DNA of 64,000 bases from Acidimicrobiales bacterium (lineage in GTDB: Bacteria > Actinomycetota > Acidimicrobiia > Acidimicrobiales > CATQHL01), in NCBI GenBank assembly GCA_965220035.1, contig CBDCPC010000002.1, positions 1,021,821 to 1,085,820 of the forward strand, read 5' to 3'. This document shows, one piece after another, positions 8,045 through 17,934 of this stretch; position 1 is the first letter of the stretch; every line of letters starts with the position of its first letter. The notes under the pieces were generated by a model. It worked only from the letters and a program-made list of their open reading frames with translations, ran no database searches and had not been told where the DNA came from. The position numbers and the translations under genes were made by a program.

Positions 8045-10783
8045 TCAGGACTTGGCGGCGGCCCAGGTGGTGCCGAAGGCGAGATCCACGACCAGGGGTA
8101 CGCGGAGGTCGCAGGCGGTGGACATCTCGTGGCGCACCAGGTCGGCTGCGGCGGCGCGCTCGGGTGCGGGCACCTCCAGGATGACCTCGTCGTGGACCTG
8201 CAGGATGAGGCGGCTGCGCATGTCGCCGGTCTCGAGGGCGCCGTCGATGTTCACCAGCGCCACCTTGAAGATGTCCGCCGCCAGACCCTGGATGCCGGCG
8301 TTCTTGGCCTGGCGCTCGCCCGCCTGGCGCACCCGGAAGTTGTCCGAGCGCAGTTCGGGAATGGGTCGGCGCCGCCCGAAGAGCGTCTCGGTGTAGCCCA
8401 GTTCGCGGGCTCGGGCGACCGCGGCGTCCATGTAGTCCTGCACCGCCGGGAAGGCCCCGAAGTAGGCGTCCAGGATGACCTGGGCCTCCTCGGTGGGGAT
8501 CGACAGGCGCTGGCCCAGCCCGTAGGCCTCCATGCCGTAGGCCAGGCCGTAGGAGACCATCTTGGCCCGCGAACGCAGTTCGGTGTTCACCTCCGCCAGC
8601 GGCACCCCGAAGACCCGCGCCGCGGTGGACGTGTGGATGTCCTCCCCCGCCTCGAAGGCCGCTATCAGGCCCGGATCGTCGGCCAGGTGGGCGATGCACC
8701 GGAGTTCGATCTGGTTGTAGTCGGCGATCAGCAACTCCGTGCCCGGCTCGGGCACGAACACCTTGCGGAACGCACGGCCCGCCTCCGTGCGCACCGGGAT
8801 GTTGTGCAGGTTGGGGGCGTCGGAGGAGAGCCGGCCCGTGCGGGCGACCGTCTGGTTGAAGGTGGCGTGGATCCGGCCGGTGACGGGGTTCACCTCCGCC
8901 AGCAACCCTTCCCCGTACGTGGAGCGCAGCTTCTCCACCTCGCGGTACGCCAGGAGGTGCTCCACGACGGGGTGCTCGCCGCGCAGGCGCTCGAGCGTTG
9001 CGGCATCGGTGGAGTAGCCGGTCTTGGTCCGCTTCTGCGGCGGCAGCCCGAGCCGGTCGAACAGCACCTTCCCGAGCTGCTGCGGCGAGTTGACGTTGAA
9101 CTCATCGCCGCCGGCATCGGCGACGACCTGGGCGCGCAGCCGCTCGGCATCGTCGTTGAACTCACGCCGCAGAGCCTCCAGACCGGCGACGTCCACACCG
9201 ACCCCGAAGTGCTCCATCCGCGCCAGCGCCCGCACCAGCGGCACCTCGACGGTGTCGTGCAGCGATTCGGCCCCGCCGTCGCGCAACGCCTCCCGCAGCG
9301 GCTCCGCCAGACGGGCCGCTGCCAGCGCCTCGAGAGCCGTGGCGGTCCTGAGGGCTTCGCCGGTCTCGGCGAACAGCAGCCGGCCCTGCGTCTCGGCCTC
9401 GACCTCGTCGCCGAGGAGGGCGCAGCCGGCGTAGCGCGCCAGGAGATCGCCGACGGGATAGTCGGACTGTGAGGGATCCAGCAGGTAGGCCGCGATGGCG
9501 GTGTCCAGGTGCAGCGACCGGACATCGATGCCGATCGAGAGCAGACCCCGCATCAGGGCCTTGGCATCGTGCGCGACCAGGGCGGGGGCAGCCTCGCCGA
9601 AAAGCCGCCCGAGCGCCTCGCGCAGCGTGGCGTCCTCGAGGAACTCTCCGGGCAACCAGACCGCTCCGCCGGGCGGTCCCGATCCGTCGGCCCCACGCGC
9701 TCCGAGGGCGGACGGCGAGCCGGCGGCGGACCCGCCGATGAGCGCCAGGCCTCCCAGGGGCGAGCGGCCGGGCCGGTCGGCCCACGCTGCGGAGGCCGCC
9801 AGCGACGCGCCTGCCGCCAGGTCGGCGACGCGGGCCACGGCGTCGGCCGGAGAGGCGGCTTGCTCGACGGCGACCTCCAGCACCTCGACCGCTGCCGCGG
9901 GCGCGAACTCCACGCCCAGCGCTTCACCGAGGCGCCCCAGGAGTGAGCCGAACTCCAGGAAGTCGAAGAGCCGGCGGATCTCGTCCACATCGGCGGGAGT
10001 GACGGAGAGGTCGGCCACCGACACACCCAGAGCCACATCGCGGCGCAACTCCATGAGCTCGCAGTTGAGATGGACGACGTCCTCTGACTCCTCGAGCGAC
10101 GACCTGAGCTTCGGGGAGTGCTCCTCGAGGTGCGCGTAGATGCCGTCGATGCCGCCGAAGGTGTTGATGAGCCGGGCTGCGGTCTTCTCCCCCACGCCCG
10201 GCACGCCCGGGAGATTGTCGGAGGGGTCGCCGCGGAGCGCCGCGTACGCCACGTAGTCGGCGGACTTCACACCCGTGCGTTTCTCGACGGCGGCATCGTC
10301 GTAGACATCGTGGTCGGACATGCCCCGCCGGGGGTAGAGCACCGTGACGCCTTGCAGCGCCACCAATTGAAAGGCGTCCCGATCGCCGGTGACGATCGCC
10401 ACCTCCAGTCCTTGCTCGTCGGCCTGGAAGGCCAGCGTGGCCAGCACGTCGTCCGCCTCGAATCCGGGAGCCTCCACCGTGTGCACGCCGAGCGTGCGCA
10501 GGACCTGCCGCAGGAGCCCCAGCTGCTCCCGGAAGATCTCCGGTGGGGCGGAGCGATTGGCCTTGTAGCTGTCGAGTCGCTCGTGGCGGAACGTCCCCCC
10601 CGGCAGGTCGAACGCCACCGCGACACGGTCCGGCTGGTGATCCCGCAGCAGGTTGATCAGCATCGAGGTGAAGCCGTACACGGCGTTGGTCACCTGACCC
10701 GAGGCCGTTCGCATCTCCTCGGGGAGCGCGTAGAAGGCCCGGTACGCCAGGGAATGGCCGTCGATGAGCAGTAGGTCGGTCAC
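8045..10783 (-). CDS. polA: DNA polymerase I
   Basis: 912 aa. It starts with the 5'-3' exonuclease N-terminus MTDLLLIDGHSLAYRAFYAL, and has the Klenow-like polymerase motifs (..RRRAKMVSYGLAYG.., ..LQVHDEVILE..). Confidence 0.95.
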   Translation of the reverse strand: MTDLLLIDGHSLAYRAFYALPEEMRTASGQVTNAVYGFTSMLINLLRDHQPDRVAVAFDLPGGTFRHERLDSYKANRSAPPEIFREQLGLLRQVLRTLGVHTVEAPGFEADDVLATLAFQADEQGLEVAIVTGDRDAFQLVALQGVTVLYPRRGMSDHDVYDDAAVEKRTGVKSADYVAYAALRGDPSDNLPGVPGVGEKTAARLINTFGGIDGIYAHLEEHSPKLRSSLEESEDVVHLNCELMELRRDVALGVSVADLSVTPADVDEIRRLFDFLEFGSLLGRLGEALGVEFAPAAAVEVLEVAVEQAASPADAVARVADLAAGASLAASAAWADRPGRSPLGGLALIGGSAAGSPSALGARGADGSGPPGGAVWLPGEFLEDATLREALGRLFGEAAPALVAHDAKALMRGLLSIGIDVRSLHLDTAIAAYLLDPSQSDYPVGDLLARYAGCALLGDEVEAETQGRLLFAETGEALRTATALEALAAARLAEPLREALRDGGAESLHDTVEVPLVRALARMEHFGVGVDVAGLEALRREFNDDAERLRAQVVADAGGDEFNVNSPQQLGKVLFDRLGLPPQKRTKTGYSTDAATLERLRGEHPVVEHLLAYREVEKLRSTYGEGLLAEVNPVTGRIHATFNQTVARTGRLSSDAPNLHNIPVRTEAGRAFRKVFVPEPGTELLIADYNQIELRCIAHLADDPGLIAAFEAGEDIHTSTAARVFGVPLAEVNTELRSRAKMVSYGLAYGMEAYGLGQRLSIPTEEAQVILDAYFGAFPAVQDYMDAAVARARELGYTETLFGRRRPIPELRSDNFRVRQAGERQAKNAGIQGLAADIFKVALVNIDGALETGDMRSRLILQVHDEVILEVPAPERAAAADLVRHEMSTACDLRVPLVVDLAFGTTWAAAKS

Positions 10784-10838
10784 GGGGTCCCGCTCGGGGC
10801 GGCGGCGGCAGTCGCCGGGTCCGGCGTGCCGCGGTGTC

Positions 10839-11465
10839 TCACCGAGTTCTCTCGCCGGGTGGTGATGCCACCGACAGCGTGCCCGCCAGGAGGTCGTCGG
10901 CCACCGAGCGCATCGGGCGGCGCTGGTTCATGGCGGTCCTGCGCATGAAGGCGAAGGCGTCGCCCTCGCGGAAGCCGTACTTGTCCATCAGCAGACCCTT
11001 GGCGCGCTCGACGACCTTGCGGGTCTGGAGTTGCTCGGCGTAGTCGGTGACCTCGGTCACCAACGCCTGTGTCTCACCGAAGCGGGCGAGGGCGATCTCG
11101 ATGGCCGCCACCAACTCGCCGGCGGCGAAGGGCTTCACCAGGTAGGCCAGGACACCCGACTGGGCGGCCTGGGCGACGAGTTCCCGCTGGCTGAAGGCGG
11201 TGAGCACGAGCACCGCGCACAGGCGCTCGTCGCTGATGGCGCGGGCCACGGCGAGGCCGTCGTTGCCCGGCATCTTGATGTCGAGGATGGCCACGTCCGG
11301 ACGCAACTCGCGCACCAGCGCCAGCGCCTCGTCACCGCGCCCGCTGTCCGCCACCACCTCGTACCCCTCGTCTGTGAGGGTCTCCTTCAGATCCAGGCGG
11401 ATGATCGCCTCGTCCTCGGCGATGACGATCCGCGTGCGCGATCCGATGGCTCTGTCACTCATCAT
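10839..11465 (-). CDS. pdtaR: Response regulator with ANTAR RNA-binding output domain (PdtaR-like)
   Basis: 208 aa with a REC domain (IVIAEDEAIIRLDL...ILDIKMPGNDG) and an ANTAR domain (..LQTRKVVERAKGLLMDKYGFREGDAFAFMRRTAMNQRRPMRSVADDLL). It lies adjacent to polA, as in mycobacteria. Confidence 0.85.
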   Translation of the reverse strand: MMSDRAIGSRTRIVIAEDEAIIRLDLKETLTDEGYEVVADSGRGDEALALVRELRPDVAILDIKMPGNDGLAVARAISDERLCAVLVLTAFSQRELVAQAAQSGVLAYLVKPFAAGELVAAIEIALARFGETQALVTEVTDYAEQLQTRKVVERAKGLLMDKYGFREGDAFAFMRRTAMNQRRPMRSVADDLLAGTLSVASPPGERTR

Positions 11466-11773
11466 GGGACCCTCCGGCTCGAGAGGCGGTCGAGCAGCTC
11501 GTCGAGGCGTTCCTCGAGCGCGGCGATCTCGGTCCGCAGGCGATCCCGGTGGGTCGCCATCGCCTCGGCGTGCCGGGCGGCATCACGGAACTCGCGGTCG
11601 GCGAGGGGCGTCTCGGAAACCAGCGACCGCAGGTGGGCGTCGGATTCGGAGTCGCTGAAGTGCCCCAGCTGCTCCTCGGCGACCTGCAACTCATGGCGGC
11701 AGCGAGACAGGCGGCGTGATACCTCGGTGATCCGCCGCCGGATCACGGCACCGGGCAGGACGGCGAGGGTCAC
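11462..11773 (-). CDS. Hypothetical small coiled-coil protein
   Basis: 103 aa with a GTG start. It overlaps the pdtaR start by 4 bp. It is helical/charged (..RLRTEIAALEERLDELLDRL..) and has no recognisable domain. Confidence 0.35.
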   Translation of the reverse strand: MTLAVLPGAVIRRRITEVSRRLSRCRHELQVAEEQLGHFSDSESDAHLRSLVSETPLADREFRDAARHAEAMATHRDRLRTEIAALEERLDELLDRLSSRRVP

Positions 11774-11782
11774 ACCGGCAGT

Positions 11783-13635
11783 CTAGGTGGCTGGTGTTTT
11801 TCTCGGCGTTTGGGGTGTTGTGGTCTGGTAGAATTACAGGTGTGTGGTTCGGTGTTGTGGGGAGGTTGGTGTTGTGACGGTTGGTGTTGAGCCGTGTCAG
11901 GCTGATTTGTTCAAGGGGACGCGGTTTGTGGGCGAGCGGGTGGGTCCTGGTTCGATTTTTGCGGTGTTGTTCGGTGAGGGTGCCCGGTTGTTTCCCGAGG
12001 GGATGTTCGATGATTTGTTCTCGTCGCGGGGGCGGCGCAGTGTGCCGCCTCGGGTGGTGGCGACGGTGATGGTGTTGCAGCGCTGGTTCGGTTTGTCGGA
12101 CCGTGAGGCGGTGGCGGCGTTCGAGTTCGATGCGCGTTGGCGTTACGCGTGCGGGGGTTTGGACGTCGACGGCGGCGGGTTCTCCCATACGGTGTTGGTG
12201 GGGATGCGGGCCCGGTTGGCGGCGTCGGGTGCGCCGCGGCGGATCTTCGACGCGACCCTCGAGGTGGCGCGCTCGGCGGGGGCGCTGTCTCAGCGGCGGG
12301 TGCTGGACTCCGCGCCGATCTACGACGCGGTCGCGACCCAGGACACCGTCACGATGCTGCGCGCCGCGATCCGCGGCGTGTTCGAGGCCGCGGATCGCGA
12401 TCTGGGGGCCATTGTGCGGGGCGCCGTCGCCGGCGGCGACTATGCGTCGCGGTCCAAGCCGGCGTGCGACTGGGACGACGCGGCGGCGCGGGAGGCCCTC
12501 GTGGCGACCATCGCCGGCGACGCCGTGGCGGTGCTCGAAGCCCTCGAGGGTCGCGCGCTGAGCGTCGAAGTCGCGCAGGGCGGGGAGTTGTTGGCCGCCG
12601 TTGTGGGCCAGGACCTCTGCGAGGACCCCGAGGGGCGCCTGGTGATCGCGCGGCGCGTGGCGCGGGACCGGATCATCTCGGTGGTGGACCGCGACGCCCG
12701 CCACGGCCACAAAACCGCAGCACGAGGCTTCGACGGCTACAAGGGCCACATCGCCACGGACCCCGACTCCGAGCTGATCACCGCCACCGCGGTCACCGCC
12801 GCCAACGCCCCCGACGCCCGACCCGCCCCCGAACTCATCGCCGACCTGCTCACCGCCGACACCGCCGCCGCCGCCGCCGCCGCCGACACCACCACCACCG
12901 ACACCACCACCACCGACACCACCGGCACTGCCGGCGACGCCGGGGAGGTTGTGGAGGACTTCGCGGGCAGGCCCACCGTCTACGGCGACTGCGCCTACGG
13001 CAGCGGCGACTTCCAGAGCCTCCTCGGCGAGCACCGCATCAACTCCAAGTGCCGCACCCAAGCGCCGCAGGCGCCCGCGGGACGCTTCACCAAGGACCGC
13101 TTCAGCGTCGACCTGGCCGCCGCGACGGTCACCTGCCCCGCCGAGGTCACCGTCGCCATCAACTACCGCCCCGACGGCGCCGGCACCGCCCGCTTCGGCG
13201 CCGACTGCGCCGACTGCGAACTCCGCGGCGACTGCACCGACGCCAAAGCCGGCAGAACCATACGCATCGGCGCACACGAAACCGCCCTCGCCGCGTCCCG
13301 AGCGCGCCAACAGAACCCGGCCTGGCGCGACGACTACCGCGCCACCCGCCCCAAAGTCGAACGCAAACTCGCGCACCTCATGCGCCGACACCACGGCGGC
13401 CGCCACGCCCGCGTGCGCGGCCAACCCAAAGTCGACGCCGACTTCAACCTCCTCGCCGCAGCCGCCAACATCGCCCGCCTCGGCGCGCTCGGACTGCACA
13501 CCCGCGCCACCCACTGGGCACTCACCTGAACCCCCACCCACCCCCAACACCCCAACCACACCCGCCGGGAACACATCACCAGTATGAGTGCGAAGAGCCA
13601 CCAGACAACAACCCATTCCACACCAGCCACCTAGG
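11783..13635. mobile_element. IS1182-family (IS5 superfamily) insertion sequence, ~1.85 kb, 15-bp perfect TIRs
   Basis: The left end CTAGGTGGCTGGTGT (11783-11797) matches the reverse complement of the right end ACACCAGCCACCTAG (13621-13635). GT-rich subterminal repeats (GGTGTTG-like) sit at the left, with their complement (CCCACCCACCCCCAACACC) at the right. A single transposase ORF lies inside. The element is intergenic, 20 bp past the stop of the VWA gene. Confidence 0.75.
11844..13529 (+). CDS. IS1182-family DDE transposase
   Basis: 561 aa. The N-terminal InsH-like segment reads (..LSDREAVAAFEFDARWRYACG..) and the DDE region reads (..RDARHGHKTAARGFDGYKGHIATD..). It contains an in-frame low-complexity insert AADTTTTDTTTTDTTGTAGDAG encoded by a 15-bp tandem repeat. 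The precise start (11844 vs 11874 GTG) is uncertain. Confidence 0.8.
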   Translation: MVRCCGEVGVVTVGVEPCQADLFKGTRFVGERVGPGSIFAVLFGEGARLFPEGMFDDLFSSRGRRSVPPRVVATVMVLQRWFGLSDREAVAAFEFDARWRYACGGLDVDGGGFSHTVLVGMRARLAASGAPRRIFDATLEVARSAGALSQRRVLDSAPIYDAVATQDTVTMLRAAIRGVFEAADRDLGAIVRGAVAGGDYASRSKPACDWDDAAAREALVATIAGDAVAVLEALEGRALSVEVAQGGELLAAVVGQDLCEDPEGRLVIARRVARDRIISVVDRDARHGHKTAARGFDGYKGHIATDPDSELITATAVTAANAPDARPAPELIADLLTADTAAAAAAADTTTTDTTTTDTTGTAGDAGEVVEDFAGRPTVYGDCAYGSGDFQSLLGEHRINSKCRTQAPQAPAGRFTKDRFSVDLAAATVTCPAEVTVAINYRPDGAGTARFGADCADCELRGDCTDAKAGRTIRIGAHETALAASRARQQNPAWRDDYRATRPKVERKLAHLMRRHHGGRHARVRGQPKVDADFNLLAAAANIARLGALGLHTRATHWALT

Positions 13636-13656
13636 AGTCAGCCCGCCGCCGGCGCC

Positions 13657-15129
13657 TCAGAACGTCTTCTCCACGAACCGCTCCAGGTGGCGGAGCGTGC
13701 GCACCTCGAACGTGCCGTCGCAGTGGGTGCTGTAGTCGCTCATGATCGAGTCGCCGGTGTCCCAGTACGAGCGCGGCTCGGGGTTGAGCCAGAAGACCCT
13801 CCGGGCCTTGCGGTTCAGCTCGCGCATGACCCAGGAGCCCGAGGCGTGGTAGTTGTTGCGGGCGTCGCCCAGGATCAGAACCGTGGTCCTCGGCCCGACC
13901 GACGGTCCGTAGCGCTCCCAGAAGACCCCGAAGGCGTGGCCGTAGTCGGAGTGGCCGTCCACCCAGACCACGTCCGCGGAGGTGTTCACCCGGTGGACCG
14001 CCTCGGTGATGTCCTCGCTCGTCTCGAAGAGGTTGGTGACCTCGTCCAGACCGTCGATGAACACGAACGAGCGGACCTTGGAGAAGTGGCTGCTGATGGC
14101 GTAGACGAGGTGCAGGGTGAAGCGGGCGAACGCCGCCACCGAGCCGCTGATGTCGGCGACGACCATGATCTCGGGCTTCGAGGGGCGCTTGTAGCGGAAG
14201 CGCGGCTCGGCCAGCACGCCGCCGTAGCTCAACGACTGGCGGATGGTCCTGCGGAAGTCCAGCACGCCCCGGCTGTTGTGGCGTCGCCGCCGGGACAGCC
14301 GCGCCGCCAGCTTGCGGGTGAGCGGATGGATGGCCTTGCGCAGCGCCTCCATCTCCTCGCGGGTGGCGTGCATGAACTCCACGTCCTCGGGAAGGGGCTT
14401 GCGAAGCGTCCTCGCCATCGCCTCGGTGCCGCGGTCGGCCACGAGGCGGCGGCGGATCTCGGCCTCCACCTCCTTGCGGAGTTGGTCGATGCGTGACTCC
14501 ATCTCATCACGCTCCAGGAGCTCCTCCAGCGGGGTGAGCGGGCGTCCCGCCTCCTCGCGGATCGTCTCGAGGAGACGCTCCAGCAGATCGTCCAGCCCGA
14601 GGTTGCGCAGTGTCCGGTAGAGGTAGTACGTGCCGCCCACGGGCCGGCCCGGCTCCATGCCGGCGTAGCGCTGCACAGCCCGCCACGCCACCGCCCGCAG
14701 TTGCGCCTGATCCCCTCGCAGCAGAGCCGCGAACAGGAGCCGGGCGAGTTCGTCGTCGCTGAGCGGCTCTCCGCCACCCCCGTCGCTGCGTGGATCCAGC
14801 AACTCCGCCGGATCCACGTCGTCGGCCCAGGCATCGCCGTCGGGTTCGTACTCCGCGCCGCGCAGCGAGAAGTACACCTCGAAGACCGTCTCGAAGGCTC
14901 GCCAGTGGGCGTGGTGCTTCACCAGCGTGGCCGCCAGGGCGAACTTGAACGCCGCTCGGTCGTCGAGGGGAACGTGCCGCACCGCCTCCATGGCGTCCAG
15001 ATGCTCCGTCAGACTCACCGGCAGACCCGAGCGGCGCAGCTCCGCGATGAAGCCACCGAGCAGCCCCAGCAGAGGGGAGTTCGACGCCCCGGCGCCACCG
15101 GTGGTGGCTTGGGGTGCCGGCACGCTCAT
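13657..15129 (-). CDS. VWA-domain protein, CoxE-like (MoxR partner)
   Basis: 490 aa with a C-terminal VWA/MIDAS region (..VVADISGSVAAF.., ..LILGDARNNY.., ..FWLNPEPRSYWDTGDS..), located directly downstream of the MoxR ATPase. Confidence 0.8.
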   Translation of the reverse strand: MSVPAPQATTGGAGASNSPLLGLLGGFIAELRRSGLPVSLTEHLDAMEAVRHVPLDDRAAFKFALAATLVKHHAHWRAFETVFEVYFSLRGAEYEPDGDAWADDVDPAELLDPRSDGGGGEPLSDDELARLLFAALLRGDQAQLRAVAWRAVQRYAGMEPGRPVGGTYYLYRTLRNLGLDDLLERLLETIREEAGRPLTPLEELLERDEMESRIDQLRKEVEAEIRRRLVADRGTEAMARTLRKPLPEDVEFMHATREEMEALRKAIHPLTRKLAARLSRRRRHNSRGVLDFRRTIRQSLSYGGVLAEPRFRYKRPSKPEIMVVADISGSVAAFARFTLHLVYAISSHFSKVRSFVFIDGLDEVTNLFETSEDITEAVHRVNTSADVVWVDGHSDYGHAFGVFWERYGPSVGPRTTVLILGDARNNYHASGSWVMRELNRKARRVFWLNPEPRSYWDTGDSIMSDYSTHCDGTFEVRTLRHLERFVEKTF

Positions 15130-15179
15130 GGCCGACCCGCCACGGCGATCGGTGGCACCGTCCGCACGGGGGATGCGCC

Positions 15180-16064
15180 TCAGCCAGGCAGGCCGGGGCG
15201 CCGGGCCTCGCCGGTGGAGAACTCCTTGAGGACCTTCTCGATGTCGCTGCGATGCTTGAGCAGCGTGTGCACCGTCTCGGCCGCCGTGTCGGCGTCGACG
15301 TGCTCGGTGCCCAGCAGGACGAGCGTCCGCGCCCAGTCCAGGGTCTCGGAGACCGACGGCGCCTTCTTCAACTCCAACTGCCGGACCGATCGGACGATGC
15401 GAGCCACCTCGTCCGCCAGGCTCTCGGTGATGTCCGGCACCTTGGTCAGCACGATCTGGCGTTCGCGGTCCACGTCCGGATAGTCGATGTAGAGGTAGAG
15501 GCAGCGGCGCTTCAGGGCCTCGGACAGCTCGCGGGTGTTGTTCGAGGTGAGGAAAACCAGGGGGATCTGCACCGCCTCGACGGTCCCGAGTTCCGGGATG
15601 GACACCTGGTAGTCGCTCAGGATCTCCAGCAGCAGCGCCTCGGTCTCGACCTCCACGCGGTCCACCTCGTCAACCAGCAGCACGACGGGTTCGGTGGCCC
15701 GGATGGCCTCGAGCAACGGTCGCGTCAGCAGGAACTCCTCGGAGAAGATGTCATCGGACACCTCGTCCCATGTCTGGGACTCCGCTTGGATGCGCAGCAA
15801 CTGCTTCTTGTAGTTCCACTCGTACAGCGCCTTGGACTCGTCGATGCCCTCGTAGCACTGCAGGCGGATGAGCCGGGCGCCGCACATCTCCGCCACGCTC
15901 TTGGCCAGCTGCGTCTTGCCGGTGCCGGCAGGGCCCTCCACCAGGATCGGCTTGGCCAGCCGGTCGGCGAGGTAGACCACCCCGGCGATACCCTCGTCGG
16001 CAAGGTAGTGGACGCCGTCCAGAGCCTCACGCACGGCGCCGACGCTGGCGAAGCGATGAGTCAT
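15180..16064 (-). CDS. MoxR-family AAA+ ATPase (CoxD-like)
   Basis: Walker A VEGPAGTGKTQLAKSVAE and Walker B VLLVDEVDR. The start was placed at ATG 16064 (MTHRFASV) rather than the ORF maximum 16133, so that it does not overlap the murJ stop (16112). Confidence 0.85.
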   Translation of the reverse strand: MTHRFASVGAVREALDGVHYLADEGIAGVVYLADRLAKPILVEGPAGTGKTQLAKSVAEMCGARLIRLQCYEGIDESKALYEWNYKKQLLRIQAESQTWDEVSDDIFSEEFLLTRPLLEAIRATEPVVLLVDEVDRVEVETEALLLEILSDYQVSIPELGTVEAVQIPLVFLTSNNTRELSEALKRRCLYLYIDYPDVDRERQIVLTKVPDITESLADEVARIVRSVRQLELKKAPSVSETLDWARTLVLLGTEHVDADTAAETVHTLLKHRSDIEKVLKEFSTGEARRPGLPG

Positions 16065-16111
16065 GACGTGCCAGGCTACGGGGCGCCGGCGCGAGCCCGG
16101 CAGGGGCAGCC

Positions 16112-17917
16112 TCAGCCGCTCCGCCGGCGCCACAGATAGCGGCGCAAGGGAAGCACCAGGTCCCTGGCCGCCGGCTGCCCGCAGAGATTGGCCAGCAGCA
16201 GGTAGAGGGCGCCGGTCACGGCCAGGCAGATCGGAGCCGACAGCAGATAGGGCACGCCCTCGAGGGCTCGTACCAGCAGCACGCCCGCCGCCGCTGCCGC
16301 GGCGGCGCCGGGCAGCAGCCGCCCCGCCAGTCGGCCGAACGGTGGACGCAGCCCCAGGGTGCGGTTGATGCGCTTGCGCAGCAGTCCCAACTCCAACCAG
16401 GCGGCCACCGCGGCGGCCAATGCCAGACCGACCGCACCCAGCCGGCGGATGTCACCCGTCTGGCGGATCTCGCCGTCGAGGAGCCAGAACGCCGGCAGCC
16501 CGCCCAGACGCTGGAGTTCGCCGTCGATCACGCCCACGCGGTCGAGCTGGATCATGAGCACCAAACCGCCGAGGGCGGCGAAGACCAGTCGCCCGGCGGC
16601 GATCCGGGCGGGGCCCTTCACGTCGCCGGCGGCGTAGCACGTGTTCTGCATCAGGCGGGAGAGACCGGCCGCCACGATGCCCAGGCTGTAGGCCGCCAGG
16701 ACCAACCAGACCACGTACGTGTCATCGGCGGTGAAGTTCACCCGCTGGTACAGGGCGCCCACGATGGGACGCCCGATCACCACGAAGGCGACCACCGCAT
16801 AGACCAGGAACAGCAGCACCCTGGCCGCGGCGACGACGAGGCGCTCGTGCATCCGCTCGACGCTGTCCTGCTCGCGTGCCAGCTCGGGGAGATCGGCGGC
16901 GGCCACCGACACCGCGAAGACGCTGATGGGCATCAGGTACAGCACCTGGGCGCGGTCCAGATAGGCGATGGCGCCCGTGGCCAGCAGCGACGCCAGGATC
17001 ACGTCCACGTAGCTCGAGAGCGTCACGACCCCCCTGCCGGCCACAGCCGGTCCGAACCGGCGCGCCACCTCGCGCACGCCGCGCAGCCGCATCCGCAGGC
17101 TGATCCGCAAACGCGGTACCAGCGACACGACGGCCGGAACCTGGACGGCGAACTGCAGAGCACCACCGACCAGCACACCCCAGGCCGCCGCCTCGGCGAT
17201 GCCGGTCTCGACCGCGCCGGCGATGCCGGCCGCGGCGACGGCGGCGATGATGGCGACGTTCCAGAGCACCGGCGCCACGTAGGACAGGAAGAAGCGGCGG
17301 TGCGCGTTGAGCACGCCGAGACACCACGCGGCCAGGACGATCAGGCCGATGCCGCCCGCCATGATGCGGATGAGGACGACGGTGAGTTCGTGGCGGGTAC
17401 CGGCGAATCCGGGAGCCACGAGCCAGGTGAGCGGCTCCGCCAGGACGATGGCGAGTAGCACCAGCCCACCCGTGAGGACGGCCAGCAGCCCGGCGACCGC
17501 TCCGGCGAGGCGGCCGGCCCGCTCCTCGTCGCCCTCCTCCAGCACCTGCGCGTACACGGGTATGAACGAGGCCGAGAGCGCACCCTCCCCCAGTAGGTTC
17601 TGCAGCAGCTTGGGGATCCGCAGAGCCGCACCGAAGGCGTCGGCGGAGGCCCGCGTACCGAGGAATGCACCGAGGATCACCTCGCGGGCAACACCCGAGA
17701 GGCGCGACAGCACCACGCCCCCACCGACGACGGCGGCGCTCCGCCCGCTGCGCCTTCGGCGCGCGCTGAAACCGCCGGTTCCCGGCGCCCCGTCGCCCGC
17801 GAACGACCGCCGGTAGAATCCGCGCACGGCAAGCAGCGTAATCAGCGCTGTTCCGGGCACTTGGGAGGCACACCGTGGAGGGATCCGGGGCGGGTGCAGC
17901 CGCCAATGGCGACGCAC
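16112..17917 (-). CDS. murJ: Lipid II flippase MurJ (MviN)
   Basis: Polytopic membrane protein with the MurJ N-terminal signature ..VLSRLSGVAREVILGAFLGTRASADAFGAALRIPKLLQNLLGEGALSASFIPVY.. The true start is probably internal (a GTG around 17731); the maximal ORF is given. Confidence 0.8.
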   Translation of the reverse strand: MRRHWRLHPPRIPPRCASQVPGTALITLLAVRGFYRRSFAGDGAPGTGGFSARRRRSGRSAAVVGGGVVLSRLSGVAREVILGAFLGTRASADAFGAALRIPKLLQNLLGEGALSASFIPVYAQVLEEGDEERAGRLAGAVAGLLAVLTGGLVLLAIVLAEPLTWLVAPGFAGTRHELTVVLIRIMAGGIGLIVLAAWCLGVLNAHRRFFLSYVAPVLWNVAIIAAVAAAGIAGAVETGIAEAAAWGVLVGGALQFAVQVPAVVSLVPRLRISLRMRLRGVREVARRFGPAVAGRGVVTLSSYVDVILASLLATGAIAYLDRAQVLYLMPISVFAVSVAAADLPELAREQDSVERMHERLVVAAARVLLFLVYAVVAFVVIGRPIVGALYQRVNFTADDTYVVWLVLAAYSLGIVAAGLSRLMQNTCYAAGDVKGPARIAAGRLVFAALGGLVLMIQLDRVGVIDGELQRLGGLPAFWLLDGEIRQTGDIRRLGAVGLALAAAVAAWLELGLLRKRINRTLGLRPPFGRLAGRLLPGAAAAAAAGVLLVRALEGVPYLLSAPICLAVTGALYLLLANLCGQPAARDLVLPLRRYLWRRRSG

Positions 17918-17934
17918 AGTCCAGACGGCAGGCG

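Noticed and set aside
8129-9472. 447-aa plus-strand ORF and several 100-250-aa ORFs within the polA region
   Set aside because: They are antisense to polA, whose identity is unambiguous.
12137-13735. 532-aa alternate-frame ORF inside the IS element, and other long ORFs such as 11691..13616 (-) and 16722..18389 (-)
   Set aside because: These are typical high-GC shadow ORFs with extreme Arg/Gly/Pro composition. They overlap well-supported genes (transposase, murJ/proA).
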